The position numbers and the translations under genes were made by a program. Source: a virus (lineage: Duplodnaviria > Caudoviricetes). Taken from it: 64,000 nucleotides of DNA. Shown here piece by piece: positions 45,001 to 53,840 of the stretch (position 1 is the stretch's first letter; every line of letters starts with the position of its first letter). The stretch lies in the IMG/VR virus record IMGVR_UViG_3300025437_000009; one strand, 5' to 3'. Below the pieces are notes generated by a model that was not told the origin of the DNA, ran no database searches, and was given only the letters and a program-made list of their open reading frames with translations.

Positions 45001-45507
45001 GCCTGTACCGCCGCTGATTGGAGTACCAGTAAGTGATCCAGCTGTTAAGTTGTTGGTAACAGTGGCAGATACCATTGTAGTATTACCAGATTTAACGTTG
45101 GCAAAACCAGCACTGGTTAAAGTTGTTAGAGCATTACCAGAAGTAGATGTCGCAATAGCTTCAAACGCTTGATCGTTTTCTACCCATACCCATGCTGTAT
45201 TAACAGAACCGTAAGGACCAAGTGAACTGTAGTTACGATTTACCAAGAAACCAATATCGTAACCGCTGATACTACCTGTATATCCCGAGTTGAAAACTAC
45301 TAACGGGTCTTGAATATATGTGTTGATTGAGTTAATCGAACTAGTGTTACCGCTAACTGCTAAGTTACCAATAATAGTAACGTTAGAATTTAATGTTAAG
45401 TTTGCATTAAAGTTTGTACCAACCAGTGTACCAGGTACCAAACGTGTATAGTCAATTGTTTGTACTGTAATCTGGTTATTCTTAATTCTTGTCATGTTTC
45501 CCGACAT
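42007..45507 (-). CDS. long fibre/adhesin-like structural protein, 1166 aa
   Basis: Repeats of TNFSSGN and ASGTASTxTTTGALVVxGG; G.FRYN..EWYNG.W and FNGDG.T..FTL modules. Confidence 0.8.
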   Translation of the reverse strand: MSGNMTRIKNNQITVQTIDYTRLVPGTLVGTNFNANLTLNSNVTIIGNLAVSGNTSSINSINTYIQDPLVVFNSGYTGSISGYDIGFLVNRNYSSLGPYGSVNTAWVWVENDQAFEAIATSTSGNALTTLTSAGFANVKSGNTTMVSATVTNNLTAGSLTGTPISGGTGSFTYLTAVTGFSTSNAQITGGSISGISLASTISYAANFSSPNVVVSGGYITGLANLQATNISGTTGVVTNLSSGNILVTGGAVNGLTTLGATTGVVTNFSSGNILVTSGSATGLTNLQATNITGTNGVVTNFSSGNAYITGGYISGDTSISGTTGQFTNFSTGNALITAAGITTLQATNFSSGNARITGGYADNFAIGANTAATGAFTTLSTSGVTTHNGNVVAASGTASTSATTGALVVTGGVGVTGNVNIAGNLSVTGTLTYINTNTEIVNGIEIVAGNLVANSGTASTNTTTGALVVAGGAGVSGAIYAGSIQNTPIGSTTASTGAFTTLTTSSTATANGNLVAASGTASTSTTTGALVVVGGTGISGATYIGGITSITNTTTNTGASTGALQVAGGAYIAGNLFVGGNINATVTAITTQYADFTGNAAGVGAVTAGIASGYVPEPMAIINSFGNANQYVGVINGQNINNGPLASADIFLSPGNGTYVDTYLDMGIASGTYNYPGYSLINPNDAYLFVYGNSTTGGGNLLLGTGYNNDIVFTVDGINTNNEVMRITRSNVVAIKSTTAASSTTTGALTVAGGAGVAGQLYASGLNGTTGSVTTLQATNFSTGNAVISGGYITTSNITTTGTAVHNGNIVAASGTASTNTTTGALVVVGGAGISGNINAGQSAVFNTSNGAGMDFIVKGATNNTLIWARPNSTYDSVIIGNSATASTAVNGAKLLINSTDTILLPVGTNAQRPGSIGFSDTTGMFRYNSTIGAIEWYNGTSWASASTSFTVIVSNQFNGDGATTAFTLTQSATTAGVIVSINGVVQIPTTAYSVSGTTLTFTEAPATGDVIDVRILTTTSTVTGLSSATGKAQVNVDDSAGITFVSTSSAGTVFTIPIGGGMVSNDANVSIASANTPTTIDSFSTSAYRTAKYILQVTNGTNFQSEEVLVVQNGTSSTLTTYGVLTTNGNLGIMSTNVSGSTVSVQFTAANAGNTVRLWRQYLPL

Positions 45508-45604
45508 AGCTCAATCCTTCTAAAATGGCTTCATTAATATTATTTATCGTAACCGTGCGAAATCAGTCCTTGCAGGCTGTTTTTGGAAGGACTCGGGGAA
45601 AATG

Positions 45605-45727
45605 TTAAACGTTGAAGTAAGTACGTTGGATTCTAATGCTACTAGAAACTGTACCTTGTGCTAGCAAATTAACAGTTGATCCGTTAATGTTTGCTGAGTA
45701 CGTGATGGTGTTTACACTAGTATTTAG
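45605..45727 (-). pseudogene. orphan 40-codon fibre C-terminal fragment with no start codon
   Basis: Reads LNTSVNTITYSANINGSTVNLLAQGTVSSSIRIQRTYFNV*, similar to the end of 42007-45507 (STNVSGSTVSVQFTAANAGNTVRLWRQYLPL); preceded in frame by TAA. Confidence 0.6.
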
Positions 45728-45739
45728 TTAAAACAAAAA

Positions 45740-48286
45740 TTATGCCTTCATAATGTAGCATAATGAGTAGTATGGCGGCAAGTTTGCATTGGTACCAGAA
45801 GAACCTGCAGAATTTACACTAATACCTGTAGATGCTGAACCAGTGTTATAAACTGGCCTAGTAGTTGTGTAACTGCCACCAGATAGTGGAACTGTCTGAG
45901 TTAAATCATATCCCCCATAACCCGGAGCTGATAGTTGGCCTGAAAGAATGAAAGCTCCGCTGCTCAATTCATAACTAGCAGTTCCAAAATTGTGAGCATG
46001 CCCAGGATCACTAATTCCGTGACTATGGCTTACTACTATAGCATCTTTGCTACCGCCTGTATCTCCCACAGCATAAGTGTTGCCGGCACCAACAATAAAT
46101 CTATCTCGCAAGTCGGGAGTTCCGTTAGAGCCGTTACACAGGTACCAACCGTATGGAATTGTTGTACTTGAACCTGACCACATCATAATAATACCTGTTG
46201 GTAACATGTTGTGTACAAACGCCGTAGTTGCTAATTGTGTGTTATTAGCAGAAATATTTGCTGTAGGAGCAGTTGGAATACCGGTCAGTGCAGGACTTGC
46301 TACTGGAGCCAATGTGGCTATAGTTGCATTAGCTGCTGTCACGTTAGCGTTTACGCTGGTAATAGAACTTATGATAGCATTAATACTGTTTGCATCAGTT
46401 GCTAAATTGGCAGCAATTTGACCCAATGTAGCAAGTGTACCCGGAGCAGAACCAATTAAATTATTGATTGCTGTATTAATCGAAGTGCTTGTGTATGTTT
46501 GATTATATGAGTTTGCTGTGGCAATGGCCAAGTTAGCGGCGGTCACGTTTGCATTAATTGCGGAAATTGATGTAGTTGTATATGTTTGATTATATGAGTT
46601 TGCTGTGGCAATGGCCAAGTTAGCGGCGGTCACGTTTGCGTTGATTGCAGAAATTGATGTAGTTGTATATGTTTGATTATATGAGTTTGCTGTAGTAATC
46701 GCCAAGTTAGCGGCAGTCACGTTTGCATTAATTGCGGATATAGTAGCATCTGTTCCTGCGGCCAAGTATGTAGCCACATTGGCATTGCTGTAGGTTGCAA
46801 TTGGTGCTCCGCCCAATGACAATGTGTTGCCTGCCACACTTAATGCTGTGCCACCAAAATAGATAGTGTTGCTACTTACATATAACGATTTCCATTGTTG
46901 AGTTGGACTGCCTAGGTTATAGGTTACGTTAGCACCGGGTATTACATTTCCGTTAACTACGATATCATTATCAAAAATATTATCTTTTACAATGCTTACT
47001 GCTAAAAAGCGTACATCAATCACGTCAGATGACAATGGTGTTTCTGTAAATGTAATCTGATTTCCAGTCACATTGTATGACGTTATTGGCTGTTGTACAG
47101 TACCGTTAATACTAACTAAAATACCAGAAGTAGTTGTGCCTTGATTTAGTGTAAAGGTGTTTGTGGCGCCGTCACCATTAATAATTTGATCATTAATTTC
47201 GCTGATAACACTAATCCAACTAGTTCCGTTATAAAATTCTACTGTATTGTAGTCACTGTTATAGCGTATTTGTCCCGATGCTGGACTCGCTGGACGAGCA
47301 GTATTCCCACCAATTGGAACTTGCAATGCCCCTGTACCTAAAAACGTTACGACATTTCCTGTTTGTCCAGAAATATAATCAGTATAAACATTACCATAGA
47401 ATTTTGCAATTACATTGCCAGCAGTAATGTTACCTGCGGTTGAAATAGTATTGCTACCAAAAGAGGCTAGAAATACTGCTACGTTAGCATTTCCATAGTT
47501 ACTGAATACCACTGGTGCACCGTTGGCATAGAAGAAATTATTAGTAAGAAGATTACCTGTTGCGGTATTACCAGTTACTGTTAGATTTGTAAGAGTTTGA
47601 GAGCCTGATATGTTTCCGAGCACATTACCAACAAGAGTTCCAACAAAATAATTAGAACTAACATTGCCCCCAAATGTTACACCGGTGTTGCCTGTAATAG
47701 TATTTCCATTGATGCTGATAGTACCAATATTCAAATTAGCAAAATTAGCAATGCCTTTGACCCCCGTATAACGAGCACCAACTACATAAACTACGTTAGC
47801 TACGTTAGCAACAGGAGTTGGTACGTTAGTATCAGCAAAGTTCACGATACCAGCAGAATAGTCAAAGTACCATGAGTCACTGTTACCAGATCCGCCTACT
47901 GGCAAGTTAACCAAACTCTGTGGATTTGATTTACCAGGAGGTCCTGCATATAATTGTAGCTGATAACCAGCACCAAATTGTGGGCTGATCCAGTCAGTTA
48001 AGTTTGTTGCCCAGGTTTCTTGTGCTGTGCTTTCACTGAGTGCTGATGCCTGTACTGTAGAACTTAAACTATCTCTATAGACTGTGACCACGCTACTGTT
48101 ACTTGCAGGAAGAGTAGTAACATTGGGAATATAATAATCTTGTTGCCAAACAGTAGAACCAGGACTTAACTGTGGACTAGCATTAGCTTCGTTAGCTGGC
48201 GATTTTGCTGTACTCGTGTCTGTCTTAGAAACCCCACTAAGTTTCTTGTACAATATATCGACTAGTTGTGTTTGAGATATTGTCAT
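45740..48286 (-). CDS. tail fibre protein with C-terminal tail-collar domain
   Basis: LPTGIIMMWSG..IPYGWYLCNG.NGTPDLRDRFIVGAG...NLPPYYSLCYIMK collar; coiled-coil repeats. Confidence 0.8.
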   Translation of the reverse strand: MTISQTQLVDILYKKLSGVSKTDTSTAKSPANEANASPQLSPGSTVWQQDYYIPNVTTLPASNSSVVTVYRDSLSSTVQASALSESTAQETWATNLTDWISPQFGAGYQLQLYAGPPGKSNPQSLVNLPVGGSGNSDSWYFDYSAGIVNFADTNVPTPVANVANVVYVVGARYTGVKGIANFANLNIGTISINGNTITGNTGVTFGGNVSSNYFVGTLVGNVLGNISGSQTLTNLTVTGNTATGNLLTNNFFYANGAPVVFSNYGNANVAVFLASFGSNTISTAGNITAGNVIAKFYGNVYTDYISGQTGNVVTFLGTGALQVPIGGNTARPASPASGQIRYNSDYNTVEFYNGTSWISVISEINDQIINGDGATNTFTLNQGTTTSGILVSINGTVQQPITSYNVTGNQITFTETPLSSDVIDVRFLAVSIVKDNIFDNDIVVNGNVIPGANVTYNLGSPTQQWKSLYVSSNTIYFGGTALSVAGNTLSLGGAPIATYSNANVATYLAAGTDATISAINANVTAANLAITTANSYNQTYTTTSISAINANVTAANLAIATANSYNQTYTTTSISAINANVTAANLAIATANSYNQTYTSTSINTAINNLIGSAPGTLATLGQIAANLATDANSINAIISSITSVNANVTAANATIATLAPVASPALTGIPTAPTANISANNTQLATTAFVHNMLPTGIIMMWSGSSTTIPYGWYLCNGSNGTPDLRDRFIVGAGNTYAVGDTGGSKDAIVVSHSHGISDPGHAHNFGTASYELSSGAFILSGQLSAPGYGGYDLTQTVPLSGGSYTTTRPVYNTGSASTGISVNSAGSSGTNANLPPYYSLCYIMKA
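46481..46741 (-). repeat. 3 x 87-bp in-frame tandem repeat (29 aa)
   Basis: ISAINANVTAANLAI(T/A)TANSYNQTYT(T/S)TS x3; DNA anchors at 46494, 46581 and 46668. Confidence 0.92.
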
Positions 48287-48287
48287 A

Positions 48288-50294
48288 TTAGTTAGTTGGA
48301 TTCGCTATACTTAATGCTGTTAAACTTTGACCGCTAGTTAGTTTAACACGAATATAAATTTCGTTACCGGTTGAGCCAGTTGAACTTGCTGTACCAAATG
48401 TGCAGGTATAGCTACCACCACTGACCAAACTGTTTAATACTGCGGCACCGCCTGTAGCACAACCAGCACTACCATTACCGCCTGTACCTGTTCCTGGTAC
48501 TCCTGAACCTGCGTAAGCCACTGCCATATTGATCCAACCATTAGTTGGTGCAGCTGTGGTGTCGATTGTGCTACCGGGTAGTGATACCCATAATCCAGCA
48601 ATGGTTCCTGAGTAACTAATGTTAAATTTACTTACTGCACCTTTGGTCCATTTGAATGTAAAGTATTGACTAGCACTACGTCCAGAACTCAAATTAGGAC
48701 CAACTGGCAAGTAGCCTGTTGAATAATTTGTTACGTCATATTTTAATACTGCGGCAACCACTGTAGCATCTGTTGCTAGTAGTGTACTAGTTTGACTGTT
48801 AAATGTTGCTTCACTACCTGTGTATGTGGGAGTATCCGCAGCTGTTCCGCCGTCAGGATTAACTATGCGATATGCGGCACTAGCACCAGTATAGCTATTA
48901 GTGATTGCTGTTTCTTCAATCTGTGTTGTTGTACCAGTTTTATACAAAATTGTTACACCCGGATTAATTGTACCCGATGAACCCAGCGCATATGGATTAC
49001 TAAACGTAATGCTTGGTCCGCTGGTACTAGATCCAAACCCCGATACAATGCCGACTGGAGTTTCAAAATATTGACTGCTGGTTAGATTGCGACTTAACGG
49101 AACTGAGACTGTGGGACTAAAACTTGAATATGTAGGTAGTGTTGGTACACCAAATGCACCACCAGAGCCAACACCAAACGGACTAGCAAGGTACATATCA
49201 CCACTCAAATTGGTTACGTTACCTTTGATCTTAAAGGTAGTGCTTGAGTTAAAGTGTGGAATAGTACTAGAGTAAGTTGTGCTATTGCTGGTTAAGGTTA
49301 CGCTGGTATTGCTGACTGTGGGTGTTCCTGGATTACTTGAGTCGTAATACCAAGTTGCATTATTTGTTTGTGTGCTTGTGCCAGAATCTGTAATATACAC
49401 ACGATTCCACCCTGCAGATATACCGCCAGTGGCTGTTGCATAAGTTGAAAATACTGTCCAGAAGCCAGCAGTCACTGAGCTTAGGACATTATGATAGTCC
49501 TGAACATTATAAACATACAAGTTACCATTGGTAGTATTACCGTTAGAACCATTTAGTGTTACGTTACCATTTGGTGTTCCATTAACATAAGCAGTAACAG
49601 TTCCTGTACTACCAGGACCAACGTTGGTAACTGCTGTGGTTGTAAATACTGCTGAACGAACTGCGTTGACTGCTGTGCCAGCACTGACAGATAAATTACC
49701 CCAGCCACTGTTGTCAGTTTGAACAAAATTGGTCATTAGTCCAGCTGTAGTTGCTGTGGAGATTGAAATAGTTGTTGCGTTAGGAAAGTTTGGAGGACTC
49801 TGCGGAACCAGTTTACCTAGTACATAATTTAAACTTGCAATAGCGTCAGTAACCTTTGTTGTCTGTGTTAATGATACCGCATTGCTTACCAATGCCTGTA
49901 CTGTGTTTGCGCCTAGTGTAATTGCATTGCCGGTCAAACCAGTTTGATTAATAACTGTTTGAACGTTTGCCCAAGTTAAGTTACCGTTACCGTCTGTGGT
50001 TAAAACATAATCAAGACTACCACCGCTGATGGTAATGTTAGAAGTACTACCAAGATTAATAACACCTGTGTCACTGGTAATGGTGTTGTTTAAAATATAT
50101 AAATTACCAATGTGTGCGTTACCAATTACTTCTAAAGGATAATTTGGTGATCCAGTATTAACACCAAGACGATTATTGTTTACATCAAAAAATACCGTTG
50201 GAGTATTTGAAATTAAATTTGTAATGGAGAGATTAGAGCCCGCTCTCTCAAGCGTTTGCTGTAACATTTGACCATTGATACGAGCAATTGCCAT
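48288..50294 (-). CDS. virion structural/fibre-like protein, 668 aa
   Basis: T/S/G/N-rich beta protein; RLGVNT.SP.Y.LEVIG motif. Confidence 0.75.
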   Translation of the reverse strand: MAIARINGQMLQQTLERAGSNLSITNLISNTPTVFFDVNNNRLGVNTGSPNYPLEVIGNAHIGNLYILNNTITSDTGVINLGSTSNITISGGSLDYVLTTDGNGNLTWANVQTVINQTGLTGNAITLGANTVQALVSNAVSLTQTTKVTDAIASLNYVLGKLVPQSPPNFPNATTISISTATTAGLMTNFVQTDNSGWGNLSVSAGTAVNAVRSAVFTTTAVTNVGPGSTGTVTAYVNGTPNGNVTLNGSNGNTTNGNLYVYNVQDYHNVLSSVTAGFWTVFSTYATATGGISAGWNRVYITDSGTSTQTNNATWYYDSSNPGTPTVSNTSVTLTSNSTTYSSTIPHFNSSTTFKIKGNVTNLSGDMYLASPFGVGSGGAFGVPTLPTYSSFSPTVSVPLSRNLTSSQYFETPVGIVSGFGSSTSGPSITFSNPYALGSSGTINPGVTILYKTGTTTQIEETAITNSYTGASAAYRIVNPDGGTAADTPTYTGSEATFNSQTSTLLATDATVVAAVLKYDVTNYSTGYLPVGPNLSSGRSASQYFTFKWTKGAVSKFNISYSGTIAGLWVSLPGSTIDTTAAPTNGWINMAVAYAGSGVPGTGTGGNGSAGCATGGAAVLNSLVSGGSYTCTFGTASSTGSTGNEIYIRVKLTSGQSLTALSIANPTN

Positions 50295-50302
50295 TTAGGC
50301 TC

Positions 50303-50737
50303 CTATGCTGGCACGTTGGTGCTGTTGATGTTATGTATAATAACGATTGTAGTTGGACTACTACCTGTGTAGGCAGGCGGTATAGCTTGAAGTGTAATTA
50401 TAGTAGAACCATTGACAGTATAGTTTGTGGTTGGCTGTTGGTAAACACCGCCAACAAATACTGCGATTGCAGTTGGGTCGCTTTCTGCTTGGCTCATAGT
50501 CCATGTTGCATTTACACCATCAGCATTGAAGCTGTCAACCACAAGTTGAACTGAACCAATTTTGGCAACTTGATTCCATGCGCCGTTGTAGTAAAATTCA
50601 ATTCTGCTGGTAGCTTGGTTGAATCTAATTAGGCCACTGATAGGTGCGTCACCGTATGATGAACTTGGCACGATCGGTAATTGCGCGGCTAAATTAAATC
50701 CTTTACCAATTTGAGGATTTTTGAGATATCTAGCCAT
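50303..50737 (-). CDS. small fibre-module protein
   Basis: G.IRFN...IEFY..AW plus F..DG...V.V.GVYQQP..NY, shared with the two long fibres. Confidence 0.75.
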   Translation of the reverse strand: MARYLKNPQIGKGFNLAAQLPIVPSSSYGDAPISGLIRFNQATSRIEFYYNGAWNQVAKIGSVQLVVDSFNADGVNATWTMSQAESDPTAIAVFVGGVYQQPTTNYTVNGSTIITLQAIPPAYTGSSPTTIVIIHNINSTNVPA

Positions 50738-50739
50738 TG

Positions 50740-51048
50740 TTAAATTCCAATATAGCTTACAGTTGCTGTCACTGATAAATTGGCACTTGCGTTGGCATAA
50801 ATTGCATCACCGTTTGCAAGAATAATTTTTTCTGTATCAACCACTAATGTATTAAATGCTGTCATTGTTACATTTGAATAGATAATGGTTGAAGAGTTGG
50901 CTTGTTTACCTGCTGGCACTAACCACACGTTAGCTGTAGCACTATTGTTAGTATAGTTGCAAAAGTGCATGACTGTGGTTGCACTATTATTTGTGCTAGT
51001 ATAGATTGCACTAGCCACTGTTGTTACGTTTGCGTTTGTTATTGCCAT
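50740..51048 (-). CDS. small structural protein, 102 aa
   Basis: Beta-rich ORF with SD in the fibre operon. Confidence 0.7.
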   Translation of the reverse strand: MAITNANVTTVASAIYTSTNNSATTVMHFCNYTNNSATANVWLVPAGKQANSSTIIYSNVTMTAFNTLVVDTEKIILANGDAIYANASANLSVTATVSYIGI

Positions 51049-51058
51049 TTAATTCGTC

Positions 51059-51529
51059 CTATCCAAATATAATCGAGAATGCCACTGCTGCACTCTTGGT
51101 TGCTAATTCTTGTTGGGTTCCGTTGGTGTTATCTACGTATAACCCAGACTTACCACTAGATACAGTTCCAGTATAAAGGGTTACAGTATTAGCAGTATCA
51201 AATAAACTTATACCAGTAATGTTAATATTACCAAACGTTGCACCTGCGGTTAAAATATTACCGTAGGTAGTACCATTATTTGTCAACTGCCAACTGCTGG
51301 ATGCTTCGTTCCAACGGATAGCTACGTTAGCAGGTCCTGTGGGACGAACTACACCAATAGTTGCATTTAAATTCACCGCTGAATTGGTATTAAACAGTAA
51401 CACATCATCAGCATTAACTGTAGCACTATTAATAGTAGTGGTATTACCAACAACGTTTAAGTTACCATGAATTGTCATGGTGGGAACATAAACATCATAC
51501 GTATCCGGAATTCGCTTTACTGTTGCCAT
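51059..51529 (-). CDS. small fibre-module protein, 156 aa
   Basis: GNL.V.GNTTTINS...VAIRWNE module shared with fibre N-termini. Confidence 0.7.
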   Translation of the reverse strand: MATVKRIPDTYDVYVPTMTIHGNLNVVGNTTTINSATVNADDVLLFNTNSAVNLNATIGVVRPTGPANVAIRWNEASSSWQLTNNGTTYGNILTAGATFGNINITGISLFDTANTVTLYTGTVSSGKSGLYVDNTNGTQQELATKSAAVAFSIIFG

Positions 51530-51584
51530 TGTAAAAACCCTAATTTAGTAGTATTTATGCTCGAATACAGATCGTGTTTTCAAT

Positions 51585-51610
51585 AAAAAACCCGCCGGCG
51601 GCGGGTTTTT
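51585..51610. terminator. bidirectional intrinsic terminator
   Basis: AAAAACCCGCC-GGC-GGCGGGTTTTT. Confidence 0.85.
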
Positions 51611-51625
51611 GTATGCTCAATTTAA

Positions 51626-52084
51626 TTAAGCGTATGCTACTTGTACAAATCCTGTTACACCTGCTGCTGCATCAACACGATATGTATTACTTGTTGTTGC
51701 TGTAGCTAAATGATAACGATATTTGTTACCAGAAAAATCATATACCCAACGATTTGTAATACGACTAGCGTAAAAAGTTGTTGTATCTGCTTTGGTGCAC
51801 AAAATAGTCATTTGACCAGTACCAGTAATACTACTTACTAAGGTAGCCACAGCTTTACTAGTACCATCTGATACTAGAAATTTGTGTGTACCTTTTTGAC
51901 GTAAGATTGACCCAGATAGTGAACCATTGCCGATGCTAACAGTTGGATTAATTTGACGGCCAGTTTGGCTTGTTAGACCGCCTGTACCGCCAAGGTAAGC
52001 ACCACTGAGATACTCTGGACCAGTATAACGGTCAACTAATTGACCGCTTACTGAGTTGGTTTTTGTAATTTTTAGTTTTGCCAT
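51626..52084 (-). CDS. structural protein, paralogue of 52100-52879
   Basis: MAKLKITKT...ILRQKGTHKFL.SDGT...ASRITNRWVYDF.GNKYRY. Confidence 0.75.
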   Translation of the reverse strand: MAKLKITKTNSVSGQLVDRYTGPEYLSGAYLGGTGGLTSQTGRQINPTVSIGNGSLSGSILRQKGTHKFLVSDGTSKAVATLVSSITGTGQMTILCTKADTTTFYASRITNRWVYDFSGNKYRYHLATATTSNTYRVDAAAGVTGFVQVAYA

Positions 52085-52099
52085 TTGTAACTATTCCAA

Positions 52100-52879
52100 T
52101 TAAACTGCATCAGGAATCTGTACAAAACCTACGTAGCCACTTGCTGCATCTTTTACATAAGTGTTAGCTGTTGTTGGTAATTGGCTCCAATAACGATACT
52201 TGTTACGGTTGTTGTAACCATCGTTACCAAAATCGTATACCCAACGGTTTGTCAACTTGCTAGCAAAGAAGCCAACTTCCATTGGAGCACCTACAGTAGC
52301 ATTTGCTGCTGTAACTGTCTGTGAAGTAAAGCCAATTGTTACGTTACCATATGCTACGCCGTTAATTGTTGTGTTGGAATTAATAGCGGTAATAGTTACG
52401 TTACCGTTGATACCTGTGTTCATAACTTTTGCACCAACTACAAAACCAGTTGTGCCGCTTGGTGCTGCGTTTGCTGCTGCTAAACTATATGTCATGTATG
52501 TACTTGTTGCGGCACTACCTTGTGCTGTTACGTTAGCCCAGTATGTTACACCAGTATAAACTGGAACTGAAGCTTGGCCAGGACCGCCATCTGGTACCAT
52601 ACTGTTTACTAGAGTACAAATTTTACTTGTTGTACCATCAGAACATAAAAACTTATGCTCGCCTTTAGCACGTAACAAGCTAGCATTAGTTGGACCATTG
52701 CCTGTATTTGCTTGAGCGTGGATTTGTGGACCGCCTTGTGTATAAACACCGCCAACTGAACCAGGGTAAGAAGTAATACCACCACTAGTGATTTGCTCTG
52801 GACCTGTGTGTTGATCTGTACGTGTTGTACCTGTACCTGTGTTACCTGTAGGTGTTTTACTGATTTTTAGTTTTGCCAT
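52100..52879 (-). CDS. structural protein, 259 aa, paralogue of 51626-52084 with a central insertion
   Basis: MAKLKISKT...LLRAKGEHKFL.SDGT...ASKLTNRWVYDF; start set at 52879 after SD GGAGA. Confidence 0.78.
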   Translation of the reverse strand: MAKLKISKTPTGNTGTGTTRTDQHTGPEQITSGGITSYPGSVGGVYTQGGPQIHAQANTGNGPTNASLLRAKGEHKFLCSDGTTSKICTLVNSMVPDGGPGQASVPVYTGVTYWANVTAQGSAATSTYMTYSLAAANAAPSGTTGFVVGAKVMNTGINGNVTITAINSNTTINGVAYGNVTIGFTSQTVTAANATVGAPMEVGFFASKLTNRWVYDFGNDGYNNRNKYRYWSQLPTTANTYVKDAASGYVGFVQIPDAV

Positions 52880-52893
52880 TTTATTTCTCCTTT

Positions 52894-52960
52894 GCCCCAT
52901 GGGCGTTAGCGTTCTAGGCTATCCGGAGTGGTGCTCCGAAAGTTACTCTTGTGAGTGAAC
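52894..52960 (-). promoter_or_regulatory. structured 5' leader of four consecutive hairpins
   Basis: GUUCACUC-ACAA-GAGUAAC; CGGAG-CACCA-CUCCG; UAGC-CUAGAAC-GCUA; GCCC-AUG-GGGC; lies between TAAATA (52966-52971) and the SD. Confidence 0.6.
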
Positions 52961-52964
52961 ACTA

Positions 52965-53840
52965 TTATTTATCAATTTGGGTATAAAGATAGTCAGCCCA
53001 AAGTTGGTGACCTGCAGGGTTGGGATGGCAAGTACTGCCTTTAAGATTATAAGGACTGGCACCAAGAAATTGCCATCGGTTACCGACACGTTCCATAATA
53101 TCTAAAAATTCTATCTTGCGGTCTGGATTATTTTTAATAAATTTTTCAGTCAGAGGGTTAATTGACATTTGTGCAATAAACGGCACGGGCTTTTGATAGT
53201 TTGAAAAATTAAAATTATCTTGTATTATATCACACCATGTTTTGTCTAACAACCAAGGTCTTGTTTGCCAGCTGTCAGTAAATGCGCGACTAACAATCGG
53301 TACCACAGGAACTGTATCAAAATAACTTTGTAAATTATCAAACAAGTAGTTTTCTACTGCTACCAAAAATTTGTTTAGGTTGGCACTCTCTTCCCAAAAT
53401 TTTTGATAAGTTGGTAAAACTTGTATGCGTCTGGTATATTCAGCTTCCCTGAGATCTTCTGTTAGAGTAACCACAAGATAGATTTTTTTATAACGACTGT
53501 TTTGTATAATCGGCTGTATATCCTGTAACTTTTCTAACATCCAATAGTTACTGCATCCTGGGCGAGCTAGATTAACCCAATCAGAATTCAATTTATCTGC
53601 TAGCAATCGACCAAATATTTGAGTAAGTCTAACAGGATCATCTGACGCTTGATTCCAATCTATGTTGCCTAGGTGATCACCCCAAGTCCACGAGTCGCCT
53701 ACTGTTAGTAATAGTGTATCTTGGTCCTGTATATCTTCTGAATACCAACACCTAAATGTTTCCATGCGATTGGGGTCATAGTCCTGCTGTTTGTGATCTA
53801 TACTTTGATCAAAAGAAAGTGTATTGTAAAATTTAAACAT
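52965..53840 (-). CDS. SGNH/GDSL-family hydrolase or acyltransferase
   Basis: GDSWTWG, NLARPGCSN, CHPNPAGH. Confidence 0.8.
   Translation of the reverse strand: MFKFYNTLSFDQSIDHKQQDYDPNRMETFRCWYSEDIQDQDTLLLTVGDSWTWGDHLGNIDWNQASDDPVRLTQIFGRLLADKLNSDWVNLARPGCSNYWMLEKLQDIQPIIQNSRYKKIYLVVTLTEDLREAEYTRRIQVLPTYQKFWEESANLNKFLVAVENYLFDNLQSYFDTVPVVPIVSRAFTDSWQTRPWLLDKTWCDIIQDNFNFSNYQKPVPFIAQMSINPLTEKFIKNNPDRKIEFLDIMERVGNRWQFLGASPYNLKGSTCHPNPAGHQLWADYLYTQIDK

Noticed and set aside
46481-46741. CRISPR array
   Set aside because: The repeats are contiguous, in frame and have no unique spacers; no cas genes or other arrays seen
37975-48286. Diversity-generating retroelement template/variable repeat in the fibres
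   Set aside because: Paralogous C-termini differ at all base types, not only adenines, and no reverse transcriptase is in the window
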